Source: Candidatus Iainarchaeum sp. (GTDB lineage: Archaea; Iainarchaeota; Iainarchaeia; Iainarchaeales; DTGL01). Taken from it: a stretch of DNA of 64,000 bases. How positions within the stretch are numbered: the first letter of the stretch is position 1; each line of letters begins with the position of its first letter. The notes below the pieces were generated by a model, which did not search any database, had not been told where the DNA came from, and saw only the letters and a program-made list of their open reading frames with translations. The stretch lies in contig JAOAJX010000003.1 in the NCBI GenBank assembly GCA_026413945.1, forward strand, positions 1-64,000, given 5' to 3'. Of the stretch, positions 9,338 to 19,201 are shown in pieces. The translations under genes and the position numbers were made by a program.

Positions 9338-11512
9338 ATGCAAAAAAAGGAGCTGAAACTGAGGGTTCAAGATGCGGATCCAGCGCATGTTGGAAGGAAT
9401 ATAGTTACGCTTGATTCAAAACTTAGAGAAGCGCTCGGGATAAGCAGTGGTGACATTGTAGAAATAAAAGGTGCGAGAACTACTGCAGCAATTGTTTGGC
9501 CCGCTCGGGCTGAAGATGAAGGCAAGGAAATAATACGCATGGACGGCTTTATAAGGCATAACGCAGGAATAGGCCTCAATGATACTGTAATTGTGAGAGC
9601 TGCTGATTACAAAGAAGCACAGGAAGTAGTGCTTGCGCCAACACAGCGCATAAGAATTATTGCTTCTAGCTACAACAAGATTCTTAAAAGGACTTTTCTT
9701 GGGAGGCCTCTTTGCCAAGGTGATAGCGTATGGATAAGTGTCTTTGGCTCCGGATTTGTTTATAAGGTAACTGGCACCAAGCCAAGAGGTATTGTGAAAG
9801 TAACAGAGCTCACGGAATTTGTGCTTAAGGAAAAGCCAGCGAAAGAAGTTCCAGAAGGAATACCGACAGTTGCCTATGAAGATATAGGTGGCTTAAAAGA
9901 GCAAGTCATGAAAATAAGGGAAATGGTTGAGCTCCCAATGAGACACCCAGAGCTTTTTAGGCGCCTTGGCATAATACCACCGAAAGGGGTTTTGCTTTAT
10001 GGCCCTCCAGGTACGGGAAAAACTCTTCTGGCAAAAGCGGTTGCAAACGAAACAAACGCAAACTTCATAAGCGTAAATGCTCCAAGCATTATGAGCAAAT
10101 ATGTTGGTGAAGCCGAAGAGCGAATAAGGCGCATATTCAAGGAAGCAGAGGAAAATGCCCCGAGCATAATATTCATAGATGAAATTGATGCAATTGCACC
10201 TAAGAGAGATGAAGTAATAGGTGAAGTCGAAAGAAGAGTTGTTGCGCAGCTTTTGGCAATGATGGATGGCCTTGAAGCAAGAGGCAATGTAATTGTGATG
10301 GCAGCAACAAACCGTGTTAATTCCTTAGATGAAGCATTGCGCAGACCAGGGCGTTTTGATCGTGAGATTGAGTTTGGCATACCTGATAGGATGGAACGCA
10401 AGGAAATATTGCAGATACACACAAGAGGCATGCCTTTGGCAAAAGATGTCGATCTTGAGCAACTAGCTTCAATAACTCACGGTTTTGTCGGTGCCGATTT
10501 AGAAGCGCTTACAAAAGAAGCAGCAATGAAAGCTCTAAGGAGATACTTACCAAAGATAAACCTAGATGAAGATGAGATTCCTGCCGAAATACTCGAAAGC
10601 TTAGAGGTAAGAGCTGAAGATTTTATGGAAGCCCTTAAGGATGTACAGCCAAGTGCTTTGAGAGAAATTGCTGTGCAAATACCTAAGGTAAAATGGAGTG
10701 ATATTGGTGGCCTAGAAAACGTAAAAGAAGAACTTAAACAAGCAGTTGAATGGCCTCTTAAATATCCTGACCTTTTCAAAGAAATGGGCATAAAGCCAGC
10801 AAAAGGAATATTGCTTTACGGTCCTCCGGGCACGGGAAAAACTCTTCTGGCAAAGGCTGTTGCAAATGAGAGCGAAGCAAACTTCATTGCAGTGAAAGGC
10901 CCTGAGCTTCTCTCCATGTATGTTGGTGAAAGTGAGCGCGGTATAAGAAAAATCTTCAGGAAAGCGAGGCAGGTTGCTCCAGCAATAGTTTTCTTTGATG
11001 AGATTGATGCAATAGCATCAGAACGTGGAGAACATCTAGATTCTGGCGTAAGCAACAGGGTTTTGAATCAATTGCTTACTGAATTAGATGGGACTGAAAT
11101 ACTGCAGAATGTTGTATTCATTTGTGCAACAAATAGGCCCGATCTTGTGGACAAAGCGTTGCTTAGACCTGGGCGCGTAGACCGGCTCATAGAAGTGCCC
11201 GTGCCTGACATCAAAGCAAGGACAAGAATACTTGAAATACATACTAAAGCGGTGCCTCTTGCTCAAGACGTTTCAATCAAGGAGCTTGCAGAGGTAACTG
11301 AAAACTTCAGCGGTGCCGATCTTGAAAACTTAGTTAGGGAGGCAACTCTTATTGCAATAAAAGAAAACAAAATGAAAAAATGCTTAGTATCTATGAAGCA
11401 CTTTGAAAAAGCTTTGGCTAAGGTAAAGCCATCAATAACTGAAAACACAAAGAAAGCTTATGAAGACTTCAAAATAAAGGCATCCGAGTTCTCGCCAAGC
11501 TATGTGCGCTAA
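9338..11512 (+). CDS. cdc48: CDC48/VAT AAA+ ATPase
   Basis: N-domain plus two AAA modules, each with [17 protein letters not shown], Walker B DEIDAIA and RPGR.DR. Confidence 0.97.
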   Translation: MQKKELKLRVQDADPAHVGRNIVTLDSKLREALGISSGDIVEIKGARTTAAIVWPARAEDEGKEIIRMDGFIRHNAGIGLNDTVIVRAADYKEAQEVVLAPTQRIRIIASSYNKILKRTFLGRPLCQGDSVWISVFGSGFVYKVTGTKPRGIVKVTELTEFVLKEKPAKEVPEGIPTVAYEDIGGLKEQVMKIREMVELPMRHPELFRRLGIIPPKGVLLYGPPGTGKTLLAKAVANETNANFISVNAPSIMSKYVGEAEERIRRIFKEAEENAPSIIFIDEIDAIAPKRDEVIGEVERRVVAQLLAMMDGLEARGNVIVMAATNRVNSLDEALRRPGRFDREIEFGIPDRMERKEILQIHTRGMPLAKDVDLEQLASITHGFVGADLEALTKEAAMKALRRYLPKINLDEDEIPAEILESLEVRAEDFMEALKDVQPSALREIAVQIPKVKWSDIGGLENVKEELKQAVEWPLKYPDLFKEMGIKPAKGILLYGPPGTGKTLLAKAVANESEANFIAVKGPELLSMYVGESERGIRKIFRKARQVAPAIVFFDEIDAIASERGEHLDSGVSNRVLNQLLTELDGTEILQNVVFICATNRPDLVDKALLRPGRVDRLIEVPVPDIKARTRILEIHTKAVPLAQDVSIKELAEVTENFSGADLENLVREATLIAIKENKMKKCLVSMKHFEKALAKVKPSITENTKKAYEDFKIKASEFSPSYVR

Positions 11513-11518
11513 TGCTAA

Positions 11519-12100
11519 CTAAAAGAAACCAGAAAGACCAAGTATAGCAAGATTTCCTAATAAAAGCAATAACCAAATGCTTGGGAAATGTGCTAATATT
11601 TTGCTTCCATCAAGTGGCGGAAACGGAATAAGATTAAAGGTTGCAAACCAAAGATTTAGGGTAGCAACCCCAAAAATAAGTTCACCGATGTATGTTTGGC
11701 GATTTCCAATAATGAAAAAGAATATAAAAATGAAAAGCAATCCTATGGCAGTATTCATTAGAGGCCCTGCAAGCGAAATCTTTGCATTTTGCTTCTTAGT
11801 TAGATGGGGGCCGTAAACATAGACTGCCCCCGGAGCAGCAAAGATAAAATTCATAAGAGAAGATATGAGCGCAATGACAAGGCCAGCTGGCCACATCACG
11901 AATTCAGCATGGCAGCCATACCTTCTTGCTACTGCCCTGTGCGCTAGCTCATGCGCTATAAAGCCAGTGCCAACAGCAACTAAACTCATTGGAAATAGGT
12001 ATAGAAAGCTCCCCATATCAACAAGCCGGCCTATTCTGGTGAATGCAATGCTTATTGTAAGCCAGCTTATTATCAGATCTTGAAGCTCGCTTCTCTTCAT
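11519..12100 (-). CDS. Site-2 protease (M50) intramembrane metalloprotease
   Basis: HELAH, SLAGP and FNLIPFPPLDG motifs within TM segments. Confidence 0.92.
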   Translation of the reverse strand: MKRSELQDLIISWLTISIAFTRIGRLVDMGSFLYLFPMSLVAVGTGFIAHELAHRAVARRYGCHAEFVMWPAGLVIALISSLMNFIFAAPGAVYVYGPHLTKKQNAKISLAGPLMNTAIGLLFIFIFFFIIGNRQTYIGELIFGVATLNLWFATFNLIPFPPLDGSKILAHFPSIWLLLLLGNLAILGLSGFF

Positions 12101-12170
12101 ACAAAGCTTTTACAAACATATTTTTTAAACATTTTGCTCAGCAATTAGTTTATGCTGCAAGGGGGTTGGT

Positions 12171-12356
12171 ATGAGAAGGATGGATAGTAAAGCACAGATT
12201 TCTCTTGAAATGATTCTTGTGTTAGCTGCGCTTATAGTGGTAGCGTTGCTTGTTGTTTCAAAGCTTCAGTCATCAGCGACACAGGCAAGCAAATCAATAG
12301 ACAAACGCTCACAGGAGCTTTTCAAAAAAGTAGATGACATAGGAAGCTTGAGCTAG
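12171..12356 (+). CDS. Short class III signal peptide pilin (DUF361-like)
   Basis: KA|QISLEMILVLAALIVVALLV; 61 aa. Confidence 0.85.
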   Translation: MRRMDSKAQISLEMILVLAALIVVALLVVSKLQSSATQASKSIDKRSQELFKKVDDIGSLS

Positions 12357-12363
12357 TGATATA

Positions 12364-12771
12364 ATGAGAAAAAAAGCGCAAATTTCCTTGGAGTTTTTGA
12401 TAGTATTTACTATAGCAATCATAACAATGTGCTTTATTTTGCCTTCAGCCAGCAAAGCTTACAATAAATCTCTAAAGGCGATTGATTTGGCAAACGCAAA
12501 GCTTTTTGCCTCAGAGCTTCAAGATTCAATACGACTTATTGCACAGCTCTCAGAAGGTTCCCAGCTTACACTTAAATGTAGCCCTTTTGAGGATTGGAAA
12601 TTTTCAGTAGGGCCAGAAAATATAACTATTTTAGTAAACGAATATAACATTAAAATCAACACTGCAGCAAGAGTAGTTTCAAAAGAGACCAACTTTTCTT
12701 TGAATCAAACCTCGTGCCTTCTGCTTAAGCGTGAAAAAGAAGAAATTTTCTTGGCTATTAATAGATGCTAA
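12364..12771 (+). CDS. Pilin-like protein (class III signal peptide)
   Basis: RKKA|QISLEFLIVFTIAII. Confidence 0.82.
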   Translation: MRKKAQISLEFLIVFTIAIITMCFILPSASKAYNKSLKAIDLANAKLFASELQDSIRLIAQLSEGSQLTLKCSPFEDWKFSVGPENITILVNEYNIKINTAARVVSKETNFSLNQTSCLLLKREKEEIFLAINRC

Positions 12772-12772
12772 A

Positions 12773-13135
12773 TTAATGGCATACTGTGAGAATTATTTCT
12801 GTCTCTTCGAGATTTTTGTCTAATGCAATAAGTTTGCTCGATATTGCATTCCTACAGCTTTTGCTGCAATCGAAAACCCTTTTTCCATCAATAGTTAGCG
12901 AGAAACTATCACCAAAAATTTCTTTTGCTTTGTTAACCATAATCTCTTTCGAAGGCCTTTCCAAAAGCCAAATTTTCAGCATATCGTGTTCTTTTTGCAA
13001 TATTATGAGCTCATCAGCTTTAGGTGCTTCACTAAAATAAATTGAGCTTAATGCGAAGAATGCAATTACTGCAAATAACATTGCAGAGACTGAAGAATCC
13101 ATTGTAAATATATAGCCCTTAATTTTTTGCATCAT
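12773..13135 (-). CDS. Minor pilin-like protein
   Basis: KG|YIFTMDSSVSAMLFAVI; probable start ATG 13135 or 13132. Confidence 0.72.
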   Translation of the reverse strand: MMQKIKGYIFTMDSSVSAMLFAVIAFFALSSIYFSEAPKADELIILQKEHDMLKIWLLERPSKEIMVNKAKEIFGDSFSLTIDGKRVFDCSKSCRNAISSKLIALDKNLEETEIILTVCH

Positions 13136-13580
13136 TGCAGAAGGCCACCTCCATGGTGCTGAATTGTCCATTCACCAGCAATAATCGCAGCAAAACTGCG
13201 GGCTCTTTGCATACGTAGTATTTTTCCTTATCCAGAACAATATCCCTGTTATTTAACTTTATAGCAAACACCTTGTTTTTTAGCAAATTTTGCCTGTTTT
13301 TCTCTAAGACATTTTCAAAGTCAGATATGCGGTTTTCGAGGATACGCTTCTCATCAATGCTTATGTCTGCAAGGCCATTTTCATCTGCACTTCTCTTTAT
13401 CAGCGAGTCCACAAAAAGCGCATTTTGCTCGTTTTCAAAGAATTTCTGGCGCATTAACCTTATCTGAGTTATACGAACAAAAACGAAAAATGCGAGAAAG
13501 CAGACCAGAATTATTATTATGAATGCAACACAAAGATCTAAAGCAAATAGCATGCCTCTTCTACTTATAGTGCGTGCCAT
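13119..13580 (-). CDS. Minor pilin-like protein
   Basis: RRG|MLFALDLCVAFIIIIL. Confidence 0.75.
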   Translation of the reverse strand: MARTISRRGMLFALDLCVAFIIIILVCFLAFFVFVRITQIRLMRQKFFENEQNALFVDSLIKRSADENGLADISIDEKRILENRISDFENVLEKNRQNLLKNKVFAIKLNNRDIVLDKEKYYVCKEPAVLLRLLLVNGQFSTMEVAFCNDAKN

Positions 13581-13941
13581 AAACTTTTACCTCTGCACCA
13601 TGCTTTTTTGTTACAATAGTTGCTTCAGAAAATATTTCTGAGTATACGAATTTTCCATTATAGTCGCTTGCAACAGCTCCTTCAAAAATTGCACAATCAA
13701 TTTTCAAATCAGAGCTTACTTCAGGACTTGAATAATAAGAATCTAATATCGTGCTGCAACTTTTTGCCTTAGCATATGCCTCCAATCTTCTGTGCTTTTC
13801 ATAAGAAGTTTTTCCAAGACCTTGAATGCTTTCTGCCGCAATAGATATAATTACTATTAGTATCATAAAGCAGATTATGATTTCAAGAGAAGCAAACCCT
13901 TTTTTACTTTTCAATAATATGGTACCACCCATGCTAACCAA
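13561..13941 (-). CDS. Minor pilin-like protein
   Basis: KKG|FASLEIIICFMILIVII with Glu at +5; exact start uncertain. Confidence 0.75.
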   Translation of the reverse strand: MVSMGGTILLKSKKGFASLEIIICFMILIVIISIAAESIQGLGKTSYEKHRRLEAYAKAKSCSTILDSYYSSPEVSSDLKIDCAIFEGAVASDYNGKFVYSEIFSEATIVTKKHGAEVKVYGTHYK

Positions 13942-14473
13942 CCTTTGTTGCTCTTATAGTATAGCCAGGAACCAATGACGCAAAAACGTAAGCCTTGCCT
14001 TTCCGTATTTTGCAGACAACCCTTTTGTTTTTCATGGCACCGCCGGTGTAAGTATATTCAGCAATTTTAAGGCCTGATGATTCGACCACAATTGTTCTGG
14101 ACAAATCGCTGAGGCCTGAAAAACGGTAATTATTTATTCCATCTGTTATGTATAATTCACACCCAAAATGTTTTTTGAATCTTTCATAAGCATTCGCAAT
14201 CTTCTTATTCACAACACTATTTAGAAGAAATGAATCTGTGTTGTTCTTAGAAAGCTCAGATTCTAATGTTTCCTTTATTATTTTAGATAGGTTCTCCTCT
14301 ATCTGGAACCTCTCAAAGCTAGCCCGTTCCATTTCGATAGTTGTTATGTGTGCCTCTCTCAAAATAACAAGCTCGTTTCTATATGATGCAATTGTAGCAA
14401 TTAATAAGGTAGAAAAAACTATCAACAAAATTGCTGAAAAGAAGCCATTTTTATCAAGTTTCAGCAGCATCAC
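13934..14473 (-). CDS. Minor pilin-like protein
   Basis: KNG|FFSAILLIVFSTLLI; head of the minus-strand pilin run. Confidence 0.65.
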   Translation of the reverse strand: MMLLKLDKNGFFSAILLIVFSTLLIATIASYRNELVILREAHITTIEMERASFERFQIEENLSKIIKETLESELSKNNTDSFLLNSVVNKKIANAYERFKKHFGCELYITDGINNYRFSGLSDLSRTIVVESSGLKIAEYTYTGGAMKNKRVVCKIRKGKAYVFASLVPGYTIRATKVG

Positions 14474-14531
14474 ACAACCCTTAGCAGCAATATATTTGCT
14501 GTAAGGGAATTATTTTAATTTTTTCTTTGTC

Positions 14532-14822
14532 TCAGAGTAGAAGTAACGCACCTATAAAAATCACTGATAGCAAAATTGCATAGCCCCTATTATAATAAGC
14601 TATTATTCCGAGAAGCAGAGGTGCAATGAGAGAAAACTCTATATATTTTGGGTGATAACTTGAAACATACGTTCCTATTAGCATACCAATAAATATTACT
14701 GCAAATATAAATGCTGCAAAGTTGCCGACGCTTTTGCTCACGCTAGCAGAAAGCTTTTTGAATAAGTCATCAATGCTTGGCATAGTTGCCTGTTTTTTTT
14801 CTTCCTTTTTCTCGTCCCCCAT
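14532..14822 (-). CDS. Small membrane protein, unknown function
   Basis: Charged N-terminus followed by about three TM helices. Confidence 0.65.
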   Translation of the reverse strand: MGDEKKEEKKQATMPSIDDLFKKLSASVSKSVGNFAAFIFAVIFIGMLIGTYVSSYHPKYIEFSLIAPLLLGIIAYYNRGYAILLSVIFIGALLLL

Positions 14823-14892
14823 AAAATATTCTTCATTCTTTAGATTTTAATACCTTTCGTATATCTTTGCTCTTGGGCTTTCGTTGGGGTGA

Positions 14893-14920
14893 GGGGGCAG
14901 CAGTATGCACTGCTGCCTCT
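14893..14920. other. GC-rich hairpin (possible terminator or RNA element)
   Basis: ggcagcagt-(atgc)-actgctgcc is a perfect 9-bp stem at 14896-14917 in an AT-rich intergenic context. Confidence 0.5.
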
Positions 14921-14929
14921 TTGCAAAAT

Positions 14930-15109
14930 TCAACTTCCGTTTATCTCGAACCTCTTCTTGAAGTCAATAACGCCCAAAAGTTCGTAGAGCATGTTTCTAT
15001 ATTTTTTTGGCTCCTTGTTTTTGAAGAGCTTTTCAAAGAGTTTTTCCTTCTCCAACTCAAGGATTTCAAGGCTCAGATCCTCAAAATCAATCTTTCTTGG
15101 AACCTTCAT
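14930..15109 (-). CDS. 59-aa hypothetical protein, absent from the ORF track
   Basis: Hand translation MKVPRKIDFEDLSLEILELEKEKLFEKLFKNKEPKKYRNMLYELLGVIDFKKRFEINGS*; strong SD GAGGTGA just upstream. Confidence 0.7.
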   Translation of the reverse strand: MKVPRKIDFEDLSLEILELEKEKLFEKLFKNKEPKKYRNMLYELLGVIDFKKRFEINGS

Positions 15110-15221
15110 TTTATCACCTCAACTACCTTAATGCTCTTTTTGATTAATTGCTTTTTGACACCACATTTCCACTAAATGCAAAGGTTAATAAATTAAAACA
15201 AATCGCAATAGGTATTTTTTT

Positions 15222-16343
15222 ATGCATAAAAGCGCATTTAGCATCGAAGATGCCTGCATAATAAAAGATGAAAGGTTTTTGTATCCCGACTATGTCCCGG
15301 AGAGGCTGCCATTTAGAGATGCTCAGATAGAGGAAATCGTGAGCTCTTTAAGACCCCTGCTCAGGAATGGAAAGCCACAGAACCTTTTTATTTTCGGACC
15401 AACAGGCACAGGCAAAACAGTAACTGCCAAGTATGTTATAAAAGAGCTTGAGTCAGCTTCCTCAAGAGCAAAAGGGCTTTACATAAATTGCTTTGAAGAC
15501 CACACTAGGAATGCGGTACTTAACAAGCTTTGTATTTCTCTTGGCAATGCAGTGCCGAGACGCGGTCTTGCAGCTGACGAGCTTTACAATGAGCTTTTGC
15601 AGACACTTAAAACTAAGAAAATAAGCCCTGTTATTGTTTTTGATGAAGTAGACCAGCTTATCAAAGATAAAACCTCTTCCATGCTTCTTTACGACTTGCT
15701 AAGGGCAAATGAACAACATGGCCTTCAAATTGGATTAGTTTTAGTTTCAAACCTTTATGAAATACTTTCTTTCCTCGATGGAAGGGTCTTGAGCTCTTTA
15801 TCAGCAAAGAATGTAAAGTTTGAAAGCTATACCCCAGAGCAACTTAAGCAGATACTTAATGATAGAGCAAAAATTGCTTTTTTCAACAATTCTTTAGACC
15901 AAGATGCTATAAACCTAGCAGCAGCATATGGTGCAAAATGCAATGGCGATGCCAGGGTTGCAATAGAAATTCTTCTGTCTGCTGCAAGAATGGCAGAAAA
16001 TGAAGGCGCTAAGAGTGTTAATATTAACCACATCAAAAATGCATTTAAAACTATAAGCCCAAGAGCATTGCAAAAAGCAGCACCCTTTCTAGATGTGCAT
16101 GAGAAGGAACTACTAAAAATTTTGTGCGAGAAAGATGCTCTTTTTTCTGGTGAATTATACAAGCTATATGCGGCAAAATTCAGTAGTCCTTTGACTGAGA
16201 GAAGCTTTCGCGATAAGCTCAACCGATTGGCTGAGCTCAAATTGATAAGTTTAAAGGATGTCAAAGAAGGCATGCGTGGTAGGACACGTGAAATAACTCT
16301 AGCACAGCCAAAAAATGCAATAATGAGGCAAATAATTGAATAA
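15222..16343 (+). CDS. cdc6: Orc1/Cdc6 replication initiator
   Basis: LYPDYVPERLPFRDAQI, GPTGTGKT, YINC, VFDEVD, GDARVAI and a C-terminal wHTH with GMRGRTR. Confidence 0.95.
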   Translation: MHKSAFSIEDACIIKDERFLYPDYVPERLPFRDAQIEEIVSSLRPLLRNGKPQNLFIFGPTGTGKTVTAKYVIKELESASSRAKGLYINCFEDHTRNAVLNKLCISLGNAVPRRGLAADELYNELLQTLKTKKISPVIVFDEVDQLIKDKTSSMLLYDLLRANEQHGLQIGLVLVSNLYEILSFLDGRVLSSLSAKNVKFESYTPEQLKQILNDRAKIAFFNNSLDQDAINLAAAYGAKCNGDARVAIEILLSAARMAENEGAKSVNINHIKNAFKTISPRALQKAAPFLDVHEKELLKILCEKDALFSGELYKLYAAKFSSPLTERSFRDKLNRLAELKLISLKDVKEGMRGRTREITLAQPKNAIMRQIIE

Positions 16344-16355
16344 GGAGGTTTTATA

Positions 16356-16592
16356 ATGCGAGACAAAAGGCCCGAGCTTAGCGATGAAGAGATTGCGTTG
16401 AGAATAATAAAGCTTTATTTTGAAGAGATTGCTAGGATTGGAATAAAGAGGAATTTTACTCTTGACTCTATACTGAATGCATATTTTTACACTTTGCATA
16501 AACTAAAAAACAAAAAGAGCGAGATTGCAAGGGTCTGTAAAATGGTTCAGGAAGAGCTTACCGAACAATCAACAAAAGGGCAAAACACTTAG
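16356..16592 (+). CDS. Small helical hypothetical protein downstream of cdc6
   Basis: SD aggaggt; starts 12 nt after the cdc6 stop; typical composition. Confidence 0.75.
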   Translation: MRDKRPELSDEEIALRIIKLYFEEIARIGIKRNFTLDSILNAYFYTLHKLKNKKSEIARVCKMVQEELTEQSTKGQNT

Positions 16593-16597
16593 TGTTT

Positions 16598-17779
16598 TTA
16601 CCTTGCAATTATTTTAACAATGTCACCACTTTTAAGTTCAGTATCTTTGCCTATCTTTTGTCCAGTTTTACAATTTATAGCCGCAACAAAAGAATTACCA
16701 ATGCTTGTGTGAACTTTGTAAGCAAGCTCAATTGCAGTGGAACCTTTTTTTAGTAACATTGCGTCAGGAAGCACATTGCCTTTAGAATCAGAAAGCTTTG
16801 CCTGGTCTTCCACTGGAAAAACAACAATCATCCCAAGAACGTCAAAAGCAACCTTGTTAAGAACCTGCTGTACTCCAGTGCCCCCAAATCTTTTTAGAAT
16901 ATTTTCTCTTATAAACTCGAGAGCCGCCTTCTGTTTTTCAGGAATTTCTTTAAGAATCTTAAATTCAGATTCACCAGGGACATATTCTATAATACCTTGC
17001 TCTGAAGCCTTTCTCAAAGCCAGTTCAGCTTCAGCAGAAACCGGCATTATTGTCTCATCAGGAAATTTTTCCTTTAACTTTCTTATGTTTTCTTCAGATT
17101 CCTTAATGTCTGCCTTGTTTGCTGCAATTATCATTGGTTTGCTCTTCTGTCTTAAAAGCTCTGCAAACTCGAGCTTAAGCTCCTCGTTCCAATCGCATAT
17201 TCTTTGTCCCGAGTTTATTTCTATAAGGCATTTTTTTATATAGTCTTCGCTTATCCCAAGGCCGCTTATCTGCTTTGCAAGAACACTGGCCGCTAATTCA
17301 TTTTTCACATGCCTTAGATTTGGCCATGCTCTATCTATTATGCCTTTTATCCAGTATTGCATCTCTTTTTTTAGAAAAATAACAGTCTCTTCTGGGTTAA
17401 ATTTTCCCACACCAACAACATTTCCGTGCGTATCTGTTGAGCCACTCGCATCTAAAACATGTATCAAGCCGTCTGCAACCATTATATCGTTTAGGAACTG
17501 GTTGCCAAGACCTTTTCCTTGCCAAGCATCAGGCACCAATCCCGCTACATCCCATACCTTTATTGGCACAAAGCGCCAACCATTTTTGCAATAACCGTGC
17601 ACAGGACTACACTTCTGACCTATCTCAGAGTGAGGGCATTTAACCTTGACATACGCAACACCTTGGTTAGGCTTTATAGTTACAAAAGGCCTGTTGCCAG
17701 TTTCAGCATTGCATAGTGTTAAAGCGTTGAAGAATGTACTCTTTCCAGAATTTGGTGCTCCAACAATGCCTATCTCCAT
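16598..17779 (-). CDS. ychF: YchF/Obg-family GTPase/ATPase with TGS domain
   Basis: IGIVGAPNSGKSTFFN, PFVTIKPN, DVAGLVP.A..GKGLGNQFL, ANKAD and a C-terminal TGS domain; start MEIG at 17779. Confidence 0.93.
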   Translation of the reverse strand: MEIGIVGAPNSGKSTFFNALTLCNAETGNRPFVTIKPNQGVAYVKVKCPHSEIGQKCSPVHGYCKNGWRFVPIKVWDVAGLVPDAWQGKGLGNQFLNDIMVADGLIHVLDASGSTDTHGNVVGVGKFNPEETVIFLKKEMQYWIKGIIDRAWPNLRHVKNELAASVLAKQISGLGISEDYIKKCLIEINSGQRICDWNEELKLEFAELLRQKSKPMIIAANKADIKESEENIRKLKEKFPDETIMPVSAEAELALRKASEQGIIEYVPGESEFKILKEIPEKQKAALEFIRENILKRFGGTGVQQVLNKVAFDVLGMIVVFPVEDQAKLSDSKGNVLPDAMLLKKGSTAIELAYKVHTSIGNSFVAAINCKTGQKIGKDTELKSGDIVKIIAR

Positions 17780-17823
17780 AAAAAATAGCTTAAGGCAAAA
17801 CACATAAAATAAGTGCTGCGTAT

Positions 17824-18228
17824 TTATTGAGTCCAAATTGTAAGAAACTGCGCTTTCTCAAAGATTATATGATTGAAATCCTCTAGCTTAAAGCTTACAT
17901 GAAAATCAGGCCCACAGAGAAGCTTTACACACCGCCTTATGCTTCTATTTTCCATGCATGCAGAATCCTTGTTGAAATCAATCTTGCCCTCTTCTATTAC
18001 TGGGTTGTGGTAAAATAACAAGTAATTAGAGTCGCAATTTTCATTAATCCTTGAAGCAATCTGCATTAAATCATTATCCATCTTCTCAAAAAGCATCTGC
18101 GCGCTAAAAAAATTCTGCAAGAACCAGAACAAAGCTATGCCACAGGCAAGAGCAACGCCTATGTAAATCATAACTTGAATCGAGATACTCCCTTTATGAA
18201 ATCCTTTATTAAGTGCCTCTGCATTCAA
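17824..18228 (-). CDS. Atypical pilin-like protein, Cys-containing
   Basis: KG|SISIQVMIYIGVALACGI followed by a Cys-containing body. Confidence 0.68.
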   Translation of the reverse strand: MNAEALNKGFHKGSISIQVMIYIGVALACGIALFWFLQNFFSAQMLFEKMDNDLMQIASRINENCDSNYLLFYHNPVIEEGKIDFNKDSACMENRSIRRCVKLLCGPDFHVSFKLEDFNHIIFEKAQFLTIWTQ

Positions 18229-18631
18229 TTGCTACAACCTCTATATCTTTTTTTTCAAATATGCACTTGAAATTATGTATATCGTAAGCTTTTATTATGT
18301 CTGGCTCATTAAGGTTAAGCTCTGCAGCATTCACATCACATTTGCAGTGCTCACAATTTTTTATATTCTTGTAATCAACGCAGATTCCTTTTCCATGGCC
18401 ACTTACAACTGCACCTGATGAAATTTCGATCTCTTTGCTTAATCGCGTTTCAACCTCTGAGTTGCATACAAAATTGCACCACTGTGCAAAAGCTTTTACC
18501 GCATTCTCATTTGTTTTTATCTTTGTTTGCTCTCTGTTGTTCTCAACCATTGTGAGCAGTATTCCCATGGCCAAGAAAACTGTTATTATTCCAAAAACTA
18601 CCCAAACAGCATTTTCCATTTTCCCTACCAA
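18209..18631 (-). CDS. Atypical pilin-like protein, Cys-rich
   Basis: GKMENAVWVVFGIITVFLAMGIL; CxxxC and CxxCxC motifs. Confidence 0.65.
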   Translation of the reverse strand: MVGKMENAVWVVFGIITVFLAMGILLTMVENNREQTKIKTNENAVKAFAQWCNFVCNSEVETRLSKEIEISSGAVVSGHGKGICVDYKNIKNCEHCKCDVNAAELNLNEPDIIKAYDIHNFKCIFEKKDIEVVAIECRGT

Positions 18632-18640
18632 TGACTTTTT

Positions 18641-19201
18641 TTAGCAGACAACTTCATCGTCGCTTGCTTTCCCATCGCGGTTTTTGTCAAAGACCATTGT
18701 AAACCAGTGGTTCGGCTGGTTTTTTGGATCTGAGTAACATTCCCCTGGCTGTATAAACTTTTTTAGGTTTGCGCTTGATTGCTCAGTAGACAAGCCTTGC
18801 ATCTGCCAGTAGTTGCACATTAAGCTCTTGCAAGCGTTCATTTTCAGCAAAGCACCATCAACTTCACAATCAATCAACACAGGACAAGGTATTCGGTTTT
18901 CACAAATACCTATTCCTGCTAATAGGCTTTCATCATAGTCATTCTTTAGTTGGTTCTTTGTTAGGTCTACACCTTGTGTAAAAACATGCTTGCAGAAATT
19001 TACCTTTCCGCTAATGTCTTTTGCCTTAATGCATAAGCTTTGGCATTCTTGCTTCCATTCATCAACGGTTTTCTTTTCGAGTTCACCGCCAACCTTTACT
19101 ACCTGTTGCGAAACCATTTGCAATACAAGCATTGCTACAGCCAAAAGCACAAACAGAATTATAAAAACCTGTATTGCCATTTCCATTCCTTTCTCACTCA
19201 T
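18641..19201 (-). CDS. Pilin-like protein, Cys-rich
   Basis: KG|MEMAIQVFIILFVLLAVAML; CQSLC and many further Cys. Confidence 0.75.
   Translation of the reverse strand: MSEKGMEMAIQVFIILFVLLAVAMLVLQMVSQQVVKVGGELEKKTVDEWKQECQSLCIKAKDISGKVNFCKHVFTQGVDLTKNQLKNDYDESLLAGIGICENRIPCPVLIDCEVDGALLKMNACKSLMCNYWQMQGLSTEQSSANLKKFIQPGECYSDPKNQPNHWFTMVFDKNRDGKASDDEVVC

Noticed and set aside
14893-14932. SECIS/selenocysteine read-through of the TGA followed by a hairpin
   Set aside because: No selenoprotein-like context, no clear archaeal SECIS motif and no sel genes in the window.
14867-15175. Plus-strand 102-aa ORF
   Set aside because: It is antisense to a 59-aa ORF with a strong SD and typical composition, and has no SD of its own.
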